Notes: generated from the letters alone by a model not told the origin. A DNA stretch of 64,000 nucleotides from Hormiphora californensis (GCA_020137815.1 CM035356.1:682001-746000); one strand, 5' to 3'; counted from the stretch's first letter, positions 23,116 through 54,442 are shown. Numbers and translations are program-made.

Positions 23116-25393
23116 CTTGGAGGCTCTTTGGACTTTGGAGGCTCTTGAACTTTATTATGGTTCACTAGTTAACATGTTACAAATGATTTTTCACCCGAAA
23201 ATGGGTTTTCGCGAAATTTTGAACTTTTCCGCGAAACTTCGAACTTCAGTGTGTCTCGCGAAGTTGAGATTTGAACGAGCACACCCAACTTCAGTGTGTC
23301 TCCCGCCTTAAAGTCCATTTTTATTCAACTGTTCAGTTCTCAACTCGTGTGCGTGCGATATTTAAATTTACACTGCGCACGCTACACGTTAACATGTGAT
23401 AAACGCGCAAAACAATTCCGTGCACGACTTTGGGGGGGGGGGGGGTGGAAAGTTGGAAAAAAATGGAGTATACAGAGCAACTTACAAAAACGGTTGGGTA
23501 CTTTGTCCCATTGCGGTAAGTATACCCGTGCGCCCCCACCACACGTATTTTCATTGGGTTGTTAGCACTCATGCCGCGCGAGTAAGTTAACCTGCACGGC
23601 TCTTCACAAAGTAACCGAGTACTTGTACTCGGTTAAATACCCGGTTTTTTTGTCGTTAGCTTTCAGCTAGTTTTTTTTCAAATCTGAAATTGGCCAACTT
23701 AAACCGGATCTAGAGCCTTTTAAAAGTAACGGGCAGGCTCGAACGAGCAGTTTTCTTCTGGAGACAGGATGAAGTCATTATGATAGCTCAACTAGGTGAG
23801 AGACGGGCAGCACATGGTTCGAATTGCCCCGGTGGTTCGAATTGCCCCGGTTTACCTGAACTAAAATATCATAATTAGTTTCCTGAAAGGTGAGGGTGCA
23901 ATTTTACTTGAATGGTAGAGCTCTCCTGACAAGGGTACTCTTTTGGGTCGTTGATTCTCATCGCCTAACGATTATAACTTGCTCTAAAAATCACCACTCT
24001 CACTTTCAAATTAGATAATTACTACTCTCGCACATCCCTGAATGCACTGCAGTACAAACGTTGCAATATTAATCTCCGGAGACCGTCCTAATGGCCACGT
24101 ATATAAAGGGAGCTTTAATGCACACGGCCTGAGTTTAATATATATTGGACGAGTAACGTCTTTATCCGGGTGGAAATTAGGCTATAACAACACGCACAGC
24201 TTGCATTCTAGTTATGTTGGTGGTATTGTTATAGTTACCATGACAACTGCAGCACAATATTCAGTTAGTAAAATGCCAGTTTATAACCTGCCGATGCCCG
24301 ATAGTTTCTCATACTTTCTCATACTCTAATTTCCGCAGCTTGCCTTGTTCGACCCTCTCCATAGGTTTGAACAAAACACCATGCTGGCTAACAACCGATC
24401 ATAAATTCACAGATGCATCAGCACAATCACTGCGCTGGCAAGCGCAAAGGTGACCCCATCCATCCCCCGAAAAAAATTTCCCCCAAAAACGGCCCGCTTG
24501 CTCACAGCGTATATATACTTATTTCATACTTTTAGCCCATTTTGGCACTTTTTGACATGCCATAACTCCCGAACCGGAAGAGCTAGGAAGCTGAAATTTT
24601 GTACTCAGAAGCTTCTTGTAGACCTCTATCGATGGTAAAAATTTCAAGTGGCTAGCTCTTTTTGTTCAAAAGTTATAACACCACCCCCAAAACAGAAAAT
24701 TCAGTGTGGGGATAACTAGGTTGATATATACATATATATATAATTTGTACATATATACATAGATAGACGTATAGACGCTTTGTTACCTTCCGTTTGGTCC
24801 CAGTTTGAGACGAACCAGACATCGTACGACCTTAAACCAAGCGGCATTCGACAGACAATTGTCTCGTGCATGTACCCATCTGGGTGGCGACTCTCCATCT
24901 TACCTATGACGTGCGTGATGACGTCACGAGTGACGTCATTGCGCGAGACCGACTAACTTTTTTCAAACGCCTCTAGCACCCTGAAGACGTGTTCCCATTT
25001 CTGATTTGACAAAAAATCGTTACCGGCAAATCGTCTGAACTTTCAGATACTATATAGCGAATTTTCGTAGCTTATCATTTTGAGCCCTTAAATCGCGTCG
25101 GAAGTCAAAAATTTGACGAAAAATTCAGCAAATTGAACGTTTTTCGAGCAAAAACTCCCTTTCCTGACAACTGTGGTCAATGAAACTTTACAAGCTCCTT
25201 TGGGGTATTGATTCAAAATATATCGTGATGCAATTACGTCGTTACGACGTCACTAATTACGTCAAATGACGTCATTATGACGTCTAAAATACGATTTTCA
25301 CAGAAATTCGTCTCGTTTCTCATATAACGCATCATTTCGACAATATTACATCATGAAATAATGTCATGCTGCGATTAGAAACCAAAAAGGGAC

Positions 25394-25528
25394 CTAAATT
25401 AAGCCAAAAACTAATTGAAATTAGTTGGCGGGAAAGGTGACCCACTTACACCTTTGCCTGCTGCCGGGATCAGGGATATAAGAGGTGAATATAATGGAAT
25501 AAGACAGTGAAAGAGAGTGTGATAGAGT

Positions 25529-25610
<82 letters not shown>

Positions 25611-25820
25611 GAGAGAGAAAGAGCGAGAGAGAGAGAGAGACAGGGAGACAGGGAGGAGAGAGAGGGATAGAACGAACAGGAATAAGTTACCCTCGAAAAA
25701 TAAGGGATTGAGATACCGAGGGATAGAATGAGAGTTCGTGGTGATACCCGGCAGTAACAAAAGGTGTAAGTGGGTCACCTTTCCCGCCAACTAATTTCAA
25801 TTAGTTTTTGGCTTAATTAG
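25394..25820. repeat. Inverted repeat (~75 bp arms) bracketing an (AG)n-rich interior
   Basis: AATTAAGCCAAAAACTAATTGAAATTAGTTGGCGGGAAAGGTGACCCACTTACACCTTT at ~25395-25454 and its reverse complement at ~25759-25818. Confidence 0.85.
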
Positions 25821-26201
25821 CATATACATTGGTACACATACTCCAGACACCCCATATTTAATTGTATTGAACGCTAAATGTTGTAGTATAGAGAGCTGGT
25901 CAGTATAACAATTTGTATTGACTCTATGTGCTCTCTGGCACAGTGCAGACGACCAGCTTGTGCACCCTCAGTTTTCTGAAGAAGATTCCATTCGAATCCC
26001 GGGACACAATACTTACCCGGAACTCGGTCGTATAGGATCCATGTTACCTTATCTATCTGTCAGAGCTTTGGCCTGAGACAATGATCTATAGTGTATCTAA
26101 AGTACAAGGACAGATCTTAGGAAGACAACATCATCCTGTCTATCTCTATACGTAATTGCTCGCTCTCTCTCTCTCTCTCTCTCTCTTCTCTTTTCTCTCT
26201 A

Positions 26202-26282
<81 letters not shown>

Positions 26283-26576
26283 ATTTTCTCTCCATCCCTC
26301 TAGGTACTCTCTCCTTTCTCTGTTTCCTTGGTTTCTACTCTCTTCTACTTCTCTAATCCTGCCTATGCAGTACAGTTGTAGGTATCTACTCAGTGGTTCT
26401 TGCGGGTATTATACTGATCCAGAGTTCTCTTGCCCTCCGCTTCTTCCTGGAGAAAAAAGAGAGAAGAAAAAGAGAGGCGGGAGAGAGAGAGAGAGATAGA
26501 GAGAGAGAGATGGTTGAGAGTATCATTATCGTTGGATGGAGAGAGAACTGCCTGTTCACTTCTAGTTCCCTTACTG

Positions 26577-26665
<89 letters not shown>

Positions 26666-26707
26666 CTCTCTCTCTCATCCTCTCTCTCCTCTCTCTCTCT
26701 CTCTCTG

Positions 26708-26749
<42 letters not shown>

Positions 26750-27134
26750 GGAGGTTACACAGCAGCTATGTCTCTCCACCAATCTCATCCCGCTGGTTGG
26801 TACACGTGACATTGGATTGGGATGATCACGTGAGTGTCATTACGTGGCTAGACACGTGCAATACACAGTGTGGGATTATCGTCCTTAGTTACTCCATGGA
26901 CTCTCTCTATCTTTCTATTCAGAGAGGGAGAGAGGAGAAAGAAATGAGATAGTACGTAAGAAAGGGAGCGGGACAAGAGATACTGAACAAAAGATCTGAG
27001 GCGGCTATTAAAAAGGGTTGCAGTACACTGTGCACACAAGCACGAATGATTTCTCTACTCTCTCGTCTCTTTCTCTCTCGTATCTCTCTTACTCTCTCTC
27101 TCATCTCCTCTCTCTCTCTCTCGTCTCTCCTCTA

Positions 27135-27176
<42 letters not shown>

Positions 27177-27863
27177 GAGAATGCAAAGGAAAGAAGGATG
27201 GATGCGAGATATTAGACTGATGACGGGCAGAAAGAGAGATAGATAGCGAGGGAGTGAGTGAGAGAGATAGAAAAAGAGTGAGAGAGGGGAGAGGGAGAGC
27301 GGTTGCATCCTGCGGTACCTATGAATAAGCAATAGGGGCAATGTACCTACAAGCTCAAGCAATCGCAATTCACACATTTTTGGGGAATCTAAGTGCAACT
27401 AAGCTTCAATAAATCAATGCAACTCAATCGACCGACGACCCCCCCCCCCCCCCCCCCCCAAGTTAACAGAGGAACTATTCATAAAACAACTTGACCATAG
27501 TTCAGGAATTCAGATTATCAAAAGAGCTTTACTGTCGATCAGTAATGGAGAGACATCTTGGTAGTCCAGGGAGATATACATATAGGGAGTCCTCAGTCCA
27601 GGAAGATATAGGGAATGAGATATACATATAGGGAGTCCAGGGAGATAGACAGATAGAACGAGAGTCCAGGGAGATAAAGAGATGGAGATACAGAGGCCAG
27701 GGAGATAGAGGGATAGAGAGATAGAAATATGGAAAGAGAGATAGAAAGATAGAGAGAGTCCATGGAGTAACTAAGGACGATAATCCCACACTGTGTATTG
27801 CACGTGTCTAGCCACGTAATGACACTCACGTGATCATCCCAATCCAATGTCACGTGTACCAAC

Positions 27864-27963
27864 NNNNNNNNNNNNNNNNNNNNNNNNNNNNNNNNNNNNN
27901 NNNNNNNNNNNNNNNNNNNNNNNNNNNNNNNNNNNNNNNNNNNNNNNNNNNNNNNNNNNNNNN
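27864..27963. other. Assembly gap (100 N)
   Basis: Run of 100 n. Confidence 1.
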
Positions 27964-28371
27964 AGTTTAATCAATAATCGCTAATTATAGTTCATAAAGC
28001 TTTGAGTTTAGTACATTAAATGTCGAGTTTGGCTAATTGATTGTTGTAAAATGCTCCTCGGAATTATTACGTCACATAATTATTAGAAGAGTCATTTCCG
28101 TAGTAATCCCCAGGACATCAACCTGGGGATTTTTTCTGCAAACCTCCTTTTTTTCCCCATCCCCTTCCCCTTTTTTCCTTTTAATTTCTCATCTCTCTTT
28201 GGCTTTCCTTCTTCCTCCTCTTCTCCCCCCTCTTTCTCTCTGTCACTCTATCTCTCTTTCTCTATTTCTCTCGTTCTTCCAGCTCCAGCCTTTTATTGTG
28301 TAATCTCGAGATCCACGGAGCCATGGCCTTAGGCCTAAGTGGAGAGGGAGAGAGAGAGAGATATAGAAAGA

Positions 28372-28415
<44 letters not shown>

Positions 28416-28775
28416 TTTTGTTTGTTAGCCTATTACAGCAGGATGTTGTTTGTTGAAAAATAAAGCAGATCAAGTAACTGGTCTAACTGGTCATTTAACT
28501 GCTGGAGTTTGTATGAGAATAGAGACTCTATTATTATAGAGTACCTACTAGTTGCAGCTCTCAACTGCCTAGGCCACAATTTCCAGACCAACACTCTCTA
28601 TACACACAGATACCCAATGCCTATAGTTGTAGCAACTCTTTATCTATTCTGTCTTGCTCGATCCCCCCAGCTCGACTCTAGCCTCTACGTAGCGCCCGCA
28701 AACATAACAATCAAATTTTCCTGCAGTTGTAGCAAGATGCCGCGTCTAATGAGGTGATCAAGCTGCTCCACCAAA

Positions 28776-47603
<18,828 letters not shown>

Positions 47604-48311
47604 GATAACTTGTGGATTTATATGCAAACTGTAAAGTTATACACAATCAATCCGCCGAGAAATATTGGAGAATACATTGGAAATCTTCACGGGACTATGA
47701 TTTAGAAAGTTCAAGCTTTTTACATTAAGAGAAACGTATTATGAACTGCTTATGTTCAATGAACTTTGAGTCTTGAAGAATGCTGATAAGAACTGATGCG
47801 TCTGAGCAGGTGAAGGAGAGTTAGTAATTATATGAGAAAATGATTTATGAAGAAGAAAAGGGTGACCAAATTGTGGCACGCGAATATCAAGTTCAATGAA
47901 TTTCGTTTAATTTAATGACAAGCTAAGTTATGTCTCCAGGGTAAGATGCGGCAATTGTGTAAATTTCGCGTGATTTTGATTGTATGAATGTTCGCCCTGA
48001 TTAAGTTAAAAGTTGTAATGTTTCACGTACAGCTGTGTATATTTGAGATTGTGTGACTGTTTTTTGCCGATTGTTTTTGTTCAATTTAGAAAACTCCTTG
48101 TTTTTCAGTCGTCATTGACAACAAAATATGTTAAAACAGATAACTGACGACAGCCAACTTGGAATTATGTTCTAAAACAATGCATTGCAATGAACGGGTC
48201 ACATGTCCTTTTAAGATTCAATGCAACAGTCACAAGTGAGAACTGCAGGCCAGGGCAAGTTGCCATCCACGACCTTCCTATTTGAACAAAGCGACGGTAC
48301 ATGTTTCAGTT

Positions 48312-49306
48312 GGTACCCGCCCTCCCTGCCGACGGACCTCCCTGCCGACGGGTCGGCAGGGAGGTCATTCGGCAGGGAGGGCGGGATATAGGGGTATAAT
48401 GTCCTACGTGCCGACGAGATTGGGATGAGATCGCCGTCGGCACGTAGGACATTTGACCCCTATATTCCGCCCTCCCTGCCGAAAACTCACTCCGAGAGAG
48501 TATTCGGCAGGGAGGACATTTACCCCTCCTATTCACCCTCTGTACCGACGATCGGCAGGGAGGATATTTCACCCCTCCTTTTACCCTCTGTACCGACGAT
48601 CGGTAGGGAGGGCGTTTCACTCCTTCTGTGAGCTCGAGAATTTGGCCGGCAGGCCAAATACGAAGAGTTCACTGTGTATTGTTCCTCTGAGTATCGTTAG
48701 GGTTAGGGTTAGGGTTAGGGTTAGGGTTAGGGTTAGGGTTAGGGTTAGGGTTAGGGCGGTGGTTAGGGTTAGGGTTAGGGTGGTGGTTAGGGCGGTGGTT
48801 AGGGTGATGGTTAGGGCGATGGTTTGGGCTAAGTTTGGGTTATAGTTTCGTCGGCACAGAGGGTGAAAAGGAGGGGTAAATGTCCTCCCTGCCGATCGTC
48901 GGTAGTGAGGGTGAAAAGGAGGGGTAAATGTCCTCCCTGCCGACGGCCCTACTTGCCGATCGTCGGTACAGAGGGTAAAAGGAGGGGTAAAATGTCCTCC
49001 CTGCCGATCGTCGGTACAGAGGGTAAAAGGAGGGGTAAAATGTCCTCCCTGCCGATCGTCGGTACAGAGGGTAAAAGGAGGGGTAAAATGTCCTCCCTGC
49101 CGACGGCCCTCCCTGCCGATCGGTAGGGAGGTCCGTCGGCAGGGAGGGCAGAAAATAGGGGTATAATGTCCTACGTGCCGACGGCGATCTCATCCCAATT
49201 TCGTCGGCACGTAGGACATTATACCCCCATATCCCGCCCTCCCTGCCGAATGACCTCCCTGCCGACCCGTCGGCAGGGAGGTCCGTCGGCAGGGAGGGGG
49301 TGACTC
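48312..49306. mobile_element. Mutator/foldback-like non-autonomous element with internal telomeric repeat
   Basis: 9-bp target duplication GTTTCAGTT (48303-48311 and 49307-49315), G...C termini, long TIRs built from CCTCCCTGCCGA motifs and ~46-bp subrepeats, and a central (TTAGGG)10. Confidence 0.85.
48697..48843 (+). repeat. Interstitial telomeric repeat (TTAGGG)10 plus degenerate copies
   Basis: Ten perfect TTAGGG at 48697-48756, then variants (GCGGTGG/GTGATGG interspersed) to ~48843. Confidence 0.95.
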
Positions 49307-49705
49307 GTTTCAGTTCCAACTTCCACTGATACTGCAAGATACTACAAAACAGAGTCTTCATACGACCTAAGGTCGACCTTTATTCTTTCCCCTTTGAGCT
49401 GCGGAAAGTGGAAAATCCATACAAACATTATCTGGAACTGTATGGCGGTACCCATACCCCAATTTGATTCTCAAAATTAATCTGAGCGCGTGACAGTGCA
49501 CTCAGATCGGGTCGGCGGCGCCAGACAGATCTGGAAAGTCTGTGCTCATGATTTTCTAGTCGTACAACAACTGACCATAATCAAAACAGAGGCCAGAGGA
49601 ATCTGGCTAATAGAAGAGATTCAAATGTTGTTGGGCATGTTGTTAGTGATGCCGGTTTAATACTCAGCTCTAGCTCGTACTATAAAATACTGGAGGTGCC
49701 CGCCC

Positions 49706-51412
49706 TCATTGAGTGATAAAGAATACTGCTACCACAATTACCATGGTAACAAACACCAACGCACTGATGCTAATGGTGATCCGGGCCTCCCTATCAGCAG
49801 CACTCGGTCCCTTCGTACTGAACAGCGGGGCGGTCTCTGTGTCGTCGATATCTGGCGAGGAAATGGCCTCATCTTCGGAGGCCCTATCAAGTCTAGACAT
49901 CTTGATCTCCTCAACATCCTTGTCTCCCCCTCCTCCCCCGATCCTCTCCATGCATTTCCGGACCTCAAGCAGCCAGTTAGTGTGGAGAACAGTGCCCCAC
50001 ATTCCGACCAGTGCACAGGTTGATGCCACAGCTAGCCCCATTAACGCTCCCATTCCCTCCAGGTACCTGGCTAGGTAGAACACACTCGTTATCCCGATAA
50101 CATCAAGGGTAATGCAGTTGATGATCGCACCAATGACCTGCTTTCCGAGTCCCCGGAGGATTCCACTGATGCTAACCTGAGTGCAGTCAACCATGAGGTA
50201 GGCGCAGTACGCAGGTACAAAGGACATGAGGATACCTTGCACTGTCGAGGAGCTGGAGAGAATCTGGACAACTTGGTAGCGAAGGAGAAATGTGAAGAGT
50301 GCAAAGAAGACCCCCGTGAAAAGGGCAAACCAACAAAATATGTTCGCCTCCTTCTTGCTCTTCACAGCATCGTTGGATCCCAGGTTTTTGCCAGTGATAA
50401 TGGATCCCGCCATGGTGAACCCATGGTATAGATGGAAGAAGAACTGATGGTATTGGAGGAATTGGAGAAAGGCATCGTAGTGATCTAAATCAGCATCATC
50501 CACCGATAAAATCATGATGGTAAGTTCCATCAGGATACTCTCTGTCATTATCATGGCACACCCAGGCATTCCGATCCGGAGGAGCTCCGGCCAACCTCGC
50601 CACACATCCCATGAGAAGAGAGCCTCCAGGACAGGGAAGAGGGCAGAGTGGAGAGCGAGGAGGGAGATGGTGGCTATCATTGCTACCACTTCACACCCAA
50701 TCAGCGAGATGACCGCACCGTCCAGTTCCATGTTGGCCGGGTCAAATATCAGGGTAGCTGCCATTATTGTGCCCGCGATGAGGGAGCACACTCGGATAAC
50801 AAGGACCTCTCCCACAAAGTTCAGAATAACTGCGTAGCGAGTCAGACAAATGTCAATGCAGTACACGGGTAACACAAGGGTGTAAATTCGAAGCATCCGA
50901 CCTGCCTCCTCGTCCACATCCGCCTCCTTACTAGATACCACCTCAAACAGAACATCCGCATAAAACCAGACCATGACCAGTAGACAACTAGCAACCAGAC
51001 AGATCACAAGGGTCCTAGCTGTCACGATACACAGGGAGAACTTCTTCCCTGCCCCCGCTGCTTGAGAACCAACACACTCCAGGGCAGTCACGAGACCCAA
51101 CAGAAACCCAAAGCCCACAAAGTTGCAGGTGGACATGGCCAGGCTGGCGGCTGATTGGGAGGTGGTGGAGTTGATGTGGGCACACATGAAGCTGGTCAGC
51201 ACCGTGGGTATGTGCATGAGGAAGTTGACGAGAGCAATGGGCAGGAGGACGGTTACTAGCGTCCAGCAGTGAGATGCCTCACGGGGTTGGGGTGGTGGTG
51301 GTGGTTTTAAGGGGGCAGCCAGGCCGCTGTGTAGTTCCACGTCCTTTCTTGAAACATGCTGGCATTGTATCTCGTGCAGGGCCAGGCTTGTTCTAGGATA
51401 TATAGAATCCAT
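49706..51412 (-). CDS. MATE family (SLC47-like) multidrug/toxin extrusion transporter, single coding exon, 568 aa
   Basis: Uninterrupted ORF with about 13 hydrophobic helices. MATE motifs GLVTALECVGSQAAGAG, LRIGMPGCAMIMTESILME, GKNLGSND and SGILRGLGKQVIGAIIN are present, plus an extra C-terminal TM helix as in animal SLC47. Confidence 0.93.
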   Translation of the reverse strand: MDSIYPRTSLALHEIQCQHVSRKDVELHSGLAAPLKPPPPPQPREASHCWTLVTVLLPIALVNFLMHIPTVLTSFMCAHINSTTSQSAASLAMSTCNFVGFGFLLGLVTALECVGSQAAGAGKKFSLCIVTARTLVICLVASCLLVMVWFYADVLFEVVSSKEADVDEEAGRMLRIYTLVLPVYCIDICLTRYAVILNFVGEVLVIRVCSLIAGTIMAATLIFDPANMELDGAVISLIGCEVVAMIATISLLALHSALFPVLEALFSWDVWRGWPELLRIGMPGCAMIMTESILMELTIMILSVDDADLDHYDAFLQFLQYHQFFFHLYHGFTMAGSIITGKNLGSNDAVKSKKEANIFCWFALFTGVFFALFTFLLRYQVVQILSSSSTVQGILMSFVPAYCAYLMVDCTQVSISGILRGLGKQVIGAIINCITLDVIGITSVFYLARYLEGMGALMGLAVASTCALVGMWGTVLHTNWLLEVRKCMERIGGGGGDKDVEEIKMSRLDRASEDEAISSPDIDDTETAPLFSTKGPSAADREARITISISALVFVTMVIVVAVFFITQ

Positions 51413-52349
51413 TACTTTCTAGCAAGTTAAACCTAATGTGCCAGGTGCGATAGAGCAGCTTTAGGAATCTATGCTCAAAGATTTGATATCAGCTATTCTA
51501 ATTGGCATTTTGCCAGAAAGGAAAGTTTCAGTTGACGATAAATCACTTACCCAGAGCTGACGAATTTGGAGTTTTCACACGGGCAAGAGGGTGGTGTCAG
51601 AGGGATTCTACTCATAATGACACTCTGCACAGCTGCAGCAAATTGAGTAATTGAGTAATTGAGTAATTGAGCTGTCTACAACAAATTGAGTAATTTAGCT
51701 GTCTACAACAAATAACGTACTAGGATTAAGAACTGAATTATATGCTAATCATACACCTGAAGGGAAAGGTGTGAAAGCATACACAACAAAGTTTGACAGA
51801 AAATCACGTGGCAATGTACAAGATGGCGCTTTACTGCTGCAACCCAGGATCTCTTGGCATTATACACATCCGCTCTGTATGTGAGCTAACACACACCTGG
51901 TTTGTGTGAATTGAGGCAGTCTTGAGGCAGCTTGTAAACAGACAGACAACCTATAAACCTCGGGTAACGTGGAATACTACACCCCCACTGCACATAGCAC
52001 AGTGCTGACTCATGACTATTGAGTGAACTACCTGCAGTTCGTTCATTGATAACTACATAGCGTCATATTCAATCATTTTCGCTGGTATTTACCGAAAAGA
52101 TCAGGGATAATAATCTACGATACAATCAACGACAAGAAATTATTTTGCTAAACGCAATGCATTGAATCTCAACATAATTCTCACTAAAGAGTCCCTCAAG
52201 CTCAAGATTCAATTATCAAATTGAAAATATTCTCACGCTGTTAATATCTTCAACTCGACAATTGTGTGACATACTATAATTAATATTTGATCAGGTCTGT
52301 ACAAAATGAAATTAGGTCCATCACGCCTTGCACACACCCATGAAGAGCT

Positions 52350-53173
52350 CTATCCTGGCTTCTCTGAAGTTGACACCTTGGTGTTGATATGGTGGTTCAG
52401 AGGTGGTGGCACACACTCCAGCACATCCGCCATCCTACTGTTATCGGTAACCATGGTGATCTGATCCAAACTCGGCAGTGACATGGACAGCCACGAGCTG
52501 CCTTGTGTCTTGGGTCTAAAGTGTCGCTTCTTAACGGGCATCCTCTGTTGCAGCTCCTCCTGGTATTCACTGATAAGTTTTATCCGGGGGTTTATCTGGA
52601 CGGTGTTCAGTTTAATGGCGTTTAGATTGATACAACTGTTGGATCTGGCTAGGACACACGAGGTGCTGATAAAGTTGGTGGAGGACTGGTCAGATCTCTT
52701 GGTGCGCTTTGGACCTGATCCTCTCAGATCCTTTGTGTTGTTGTGAGTCTTGGGATCTGCAATGATATATTAATCGTAAAGTTTTTAGTAAGGACACACT
52801 TTCATAAATTTCAAATCACAGCTGAGGAAAACAAATGGCAAAACCAACACGCCATATTGATTGTAGAGAACTCAACCTTTATCTTGACATGGTTGACCTA
52901 ACAAATCAAAACAATGCAGGTTTCAGAGTCTAGAGCTCACCCTTAGCTTTTTTATAGCTCACCTAAGGCAAACAAATCAAAACAATGTAGGCTTTTAGTA
53001 CACTCACCCTTGTTGTGGTTCACCAACTCCATTCTAATGCACCTCAGATCCGGCATGGAGTACTTGATGCACTTCCTGCCCAGGGGCTGGAAGACACCGT
53101 TATTTCGCGTCACCTTCTCCTCGCTGAACACAAAGAATTTTCTCTCAAAATCCCCTCGATGATACAAATCCAT
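52350..53173 (-). CDS. Two-exon hypothetical protein, 190 aa, no recognisable domain
   Basis: Exon 53173-53008 (MDLYHRGDFERKFFVFSEEK...NHNK, donor G|GTGAGT) joins in phase to exon 52756-52350 (acceptor TTGCAG; DPKTHNN...SEKPG*). Both are open and free of microsatellite. Confidence 0.6.
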
Positions 53174-53421
53174 ATTCTGAGATGTATCTCTCACTGCTAC
53201 TGCTACGCATGATGTGATTAAAACATAGCAATTTGAAAAGCTCTGATATAGTATGCGAGAAAGATATAACGAGCGAACAAGGGAACAATGGGAGTCGTGT
53301 GGTTTTTCGAGGGAACGAGAACACGAAAAGTCAGAGAACAGCATATTGGATGGTGGAAAGAGAGAAAGAGAGAGAGGGAGAAAGAGAGGGAGAGAGAAAG
53401 AGAGGGTAAGAGAGGGTAAGA

Positions 53422-53480
<59 letters not shown>

Positions 53481-54400
53481 GGAGGAGTGAAAAGAGACAT
53501 CTTTTAGCGTGCAAAACCAGTGTGCAAAGCTGGTTTTAATCAATTGGTTAGAGCACGCTGGGAACTGAATACCATGGATCTCTATATATATATATATCGC
53601 ATATATAATGCAAGAAGAAGAAAATGAAAATCTGCCTAACTGCATCTCGGTATGTTTCAGCCGACCTCTCATCTCCTCTCCACATCAGCTCGAGTGCGAA
53701 GTTGGTTGCACACGACTAATGCATGTTGTGTGACTGAGAAAAGAAAGAGAGAAAGAGAGCAAGAAGAGAGAGGGAAAGAGAGAAAGTAGTATATGGATCA
53801 AAGATAAAGAACCTTGTGCTTGTGATAAAACTGATGCTCACAACACATACAATAACTGGCTACAATGTAATATCATCGTGTAGATGAAATGTATCCTAAA
53901 AATAAAATCCTAGTCTAGAGGAGAAAATGCATTGCTAGCATCAGTGGTGATCGGGTCTGGTGAAAGTAATCACTCATTAATTATCATTCCAGGCATATTC
54001 TAATTATGTGTTAACTGCAGAGTGCAGAGATATGACCTGATTGCAAGAAATACCGTAATGGGACTCCGTTGGACAACAAGTTGGTGGCGCACGCGCGCCG
54101 TCACCTATAACACGGGCCTCGTTTTACCACGCTACACACGGGTGTAAGGGTGACTGCGTCACTAAGACAACAAGCTGATTGTGTTCACCCTTATTTCCAA
54201 TGGATCATTATGGAGTTGACACGCTCTAATATATTCTCACTACTCTAGGTCAGCTGGAAAAGTCTCCCGGGATGACCCTCTGTGGCAGACAGTACATATG
54301 TTCTGCTGCTGGCTTGTGTTAGTGACAGTACACTAAGAAAGAGAGAGTGAGAGTGAGTGAGAGAGAGAGAGAGAGTGATAGAGAGAGTGAGAGAGAGTGA

Positions 54401-54442
<42 letters not shown>

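Larger units (their letters stand above)
20296..23307. mobile_element. Non-autonomous multi-hairpin DNA transposon with Kolobok-like ends
   Basis: ~70-bp TIRs (GGGGGGAGACACACTGAAGTTG... at 20296; ...CAACTTCAGTGTGTCTCCCGCC ending 23307). TTAA flanks the right end and a degenerate CTGA the left. Nested internal palindromes at 20448-20754, 20805-22130, 22513-22665, 22679-22933 and 22452-22501/23168-23213. Confidence 0.7.

Noticed and set aside
26156-27398. SLSLSL/ERERER ORFs here and throughout the window
   Set aside because: Products of (CT)n/(AG)n microsatellites.
48453-49361. RVRVRV and FYPLYRRSAGR ORFs; possible chromosome end
   Set aside because: Translations of TTAGGG and TIR subrepeats. 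The array is internal, with genes on both sides.
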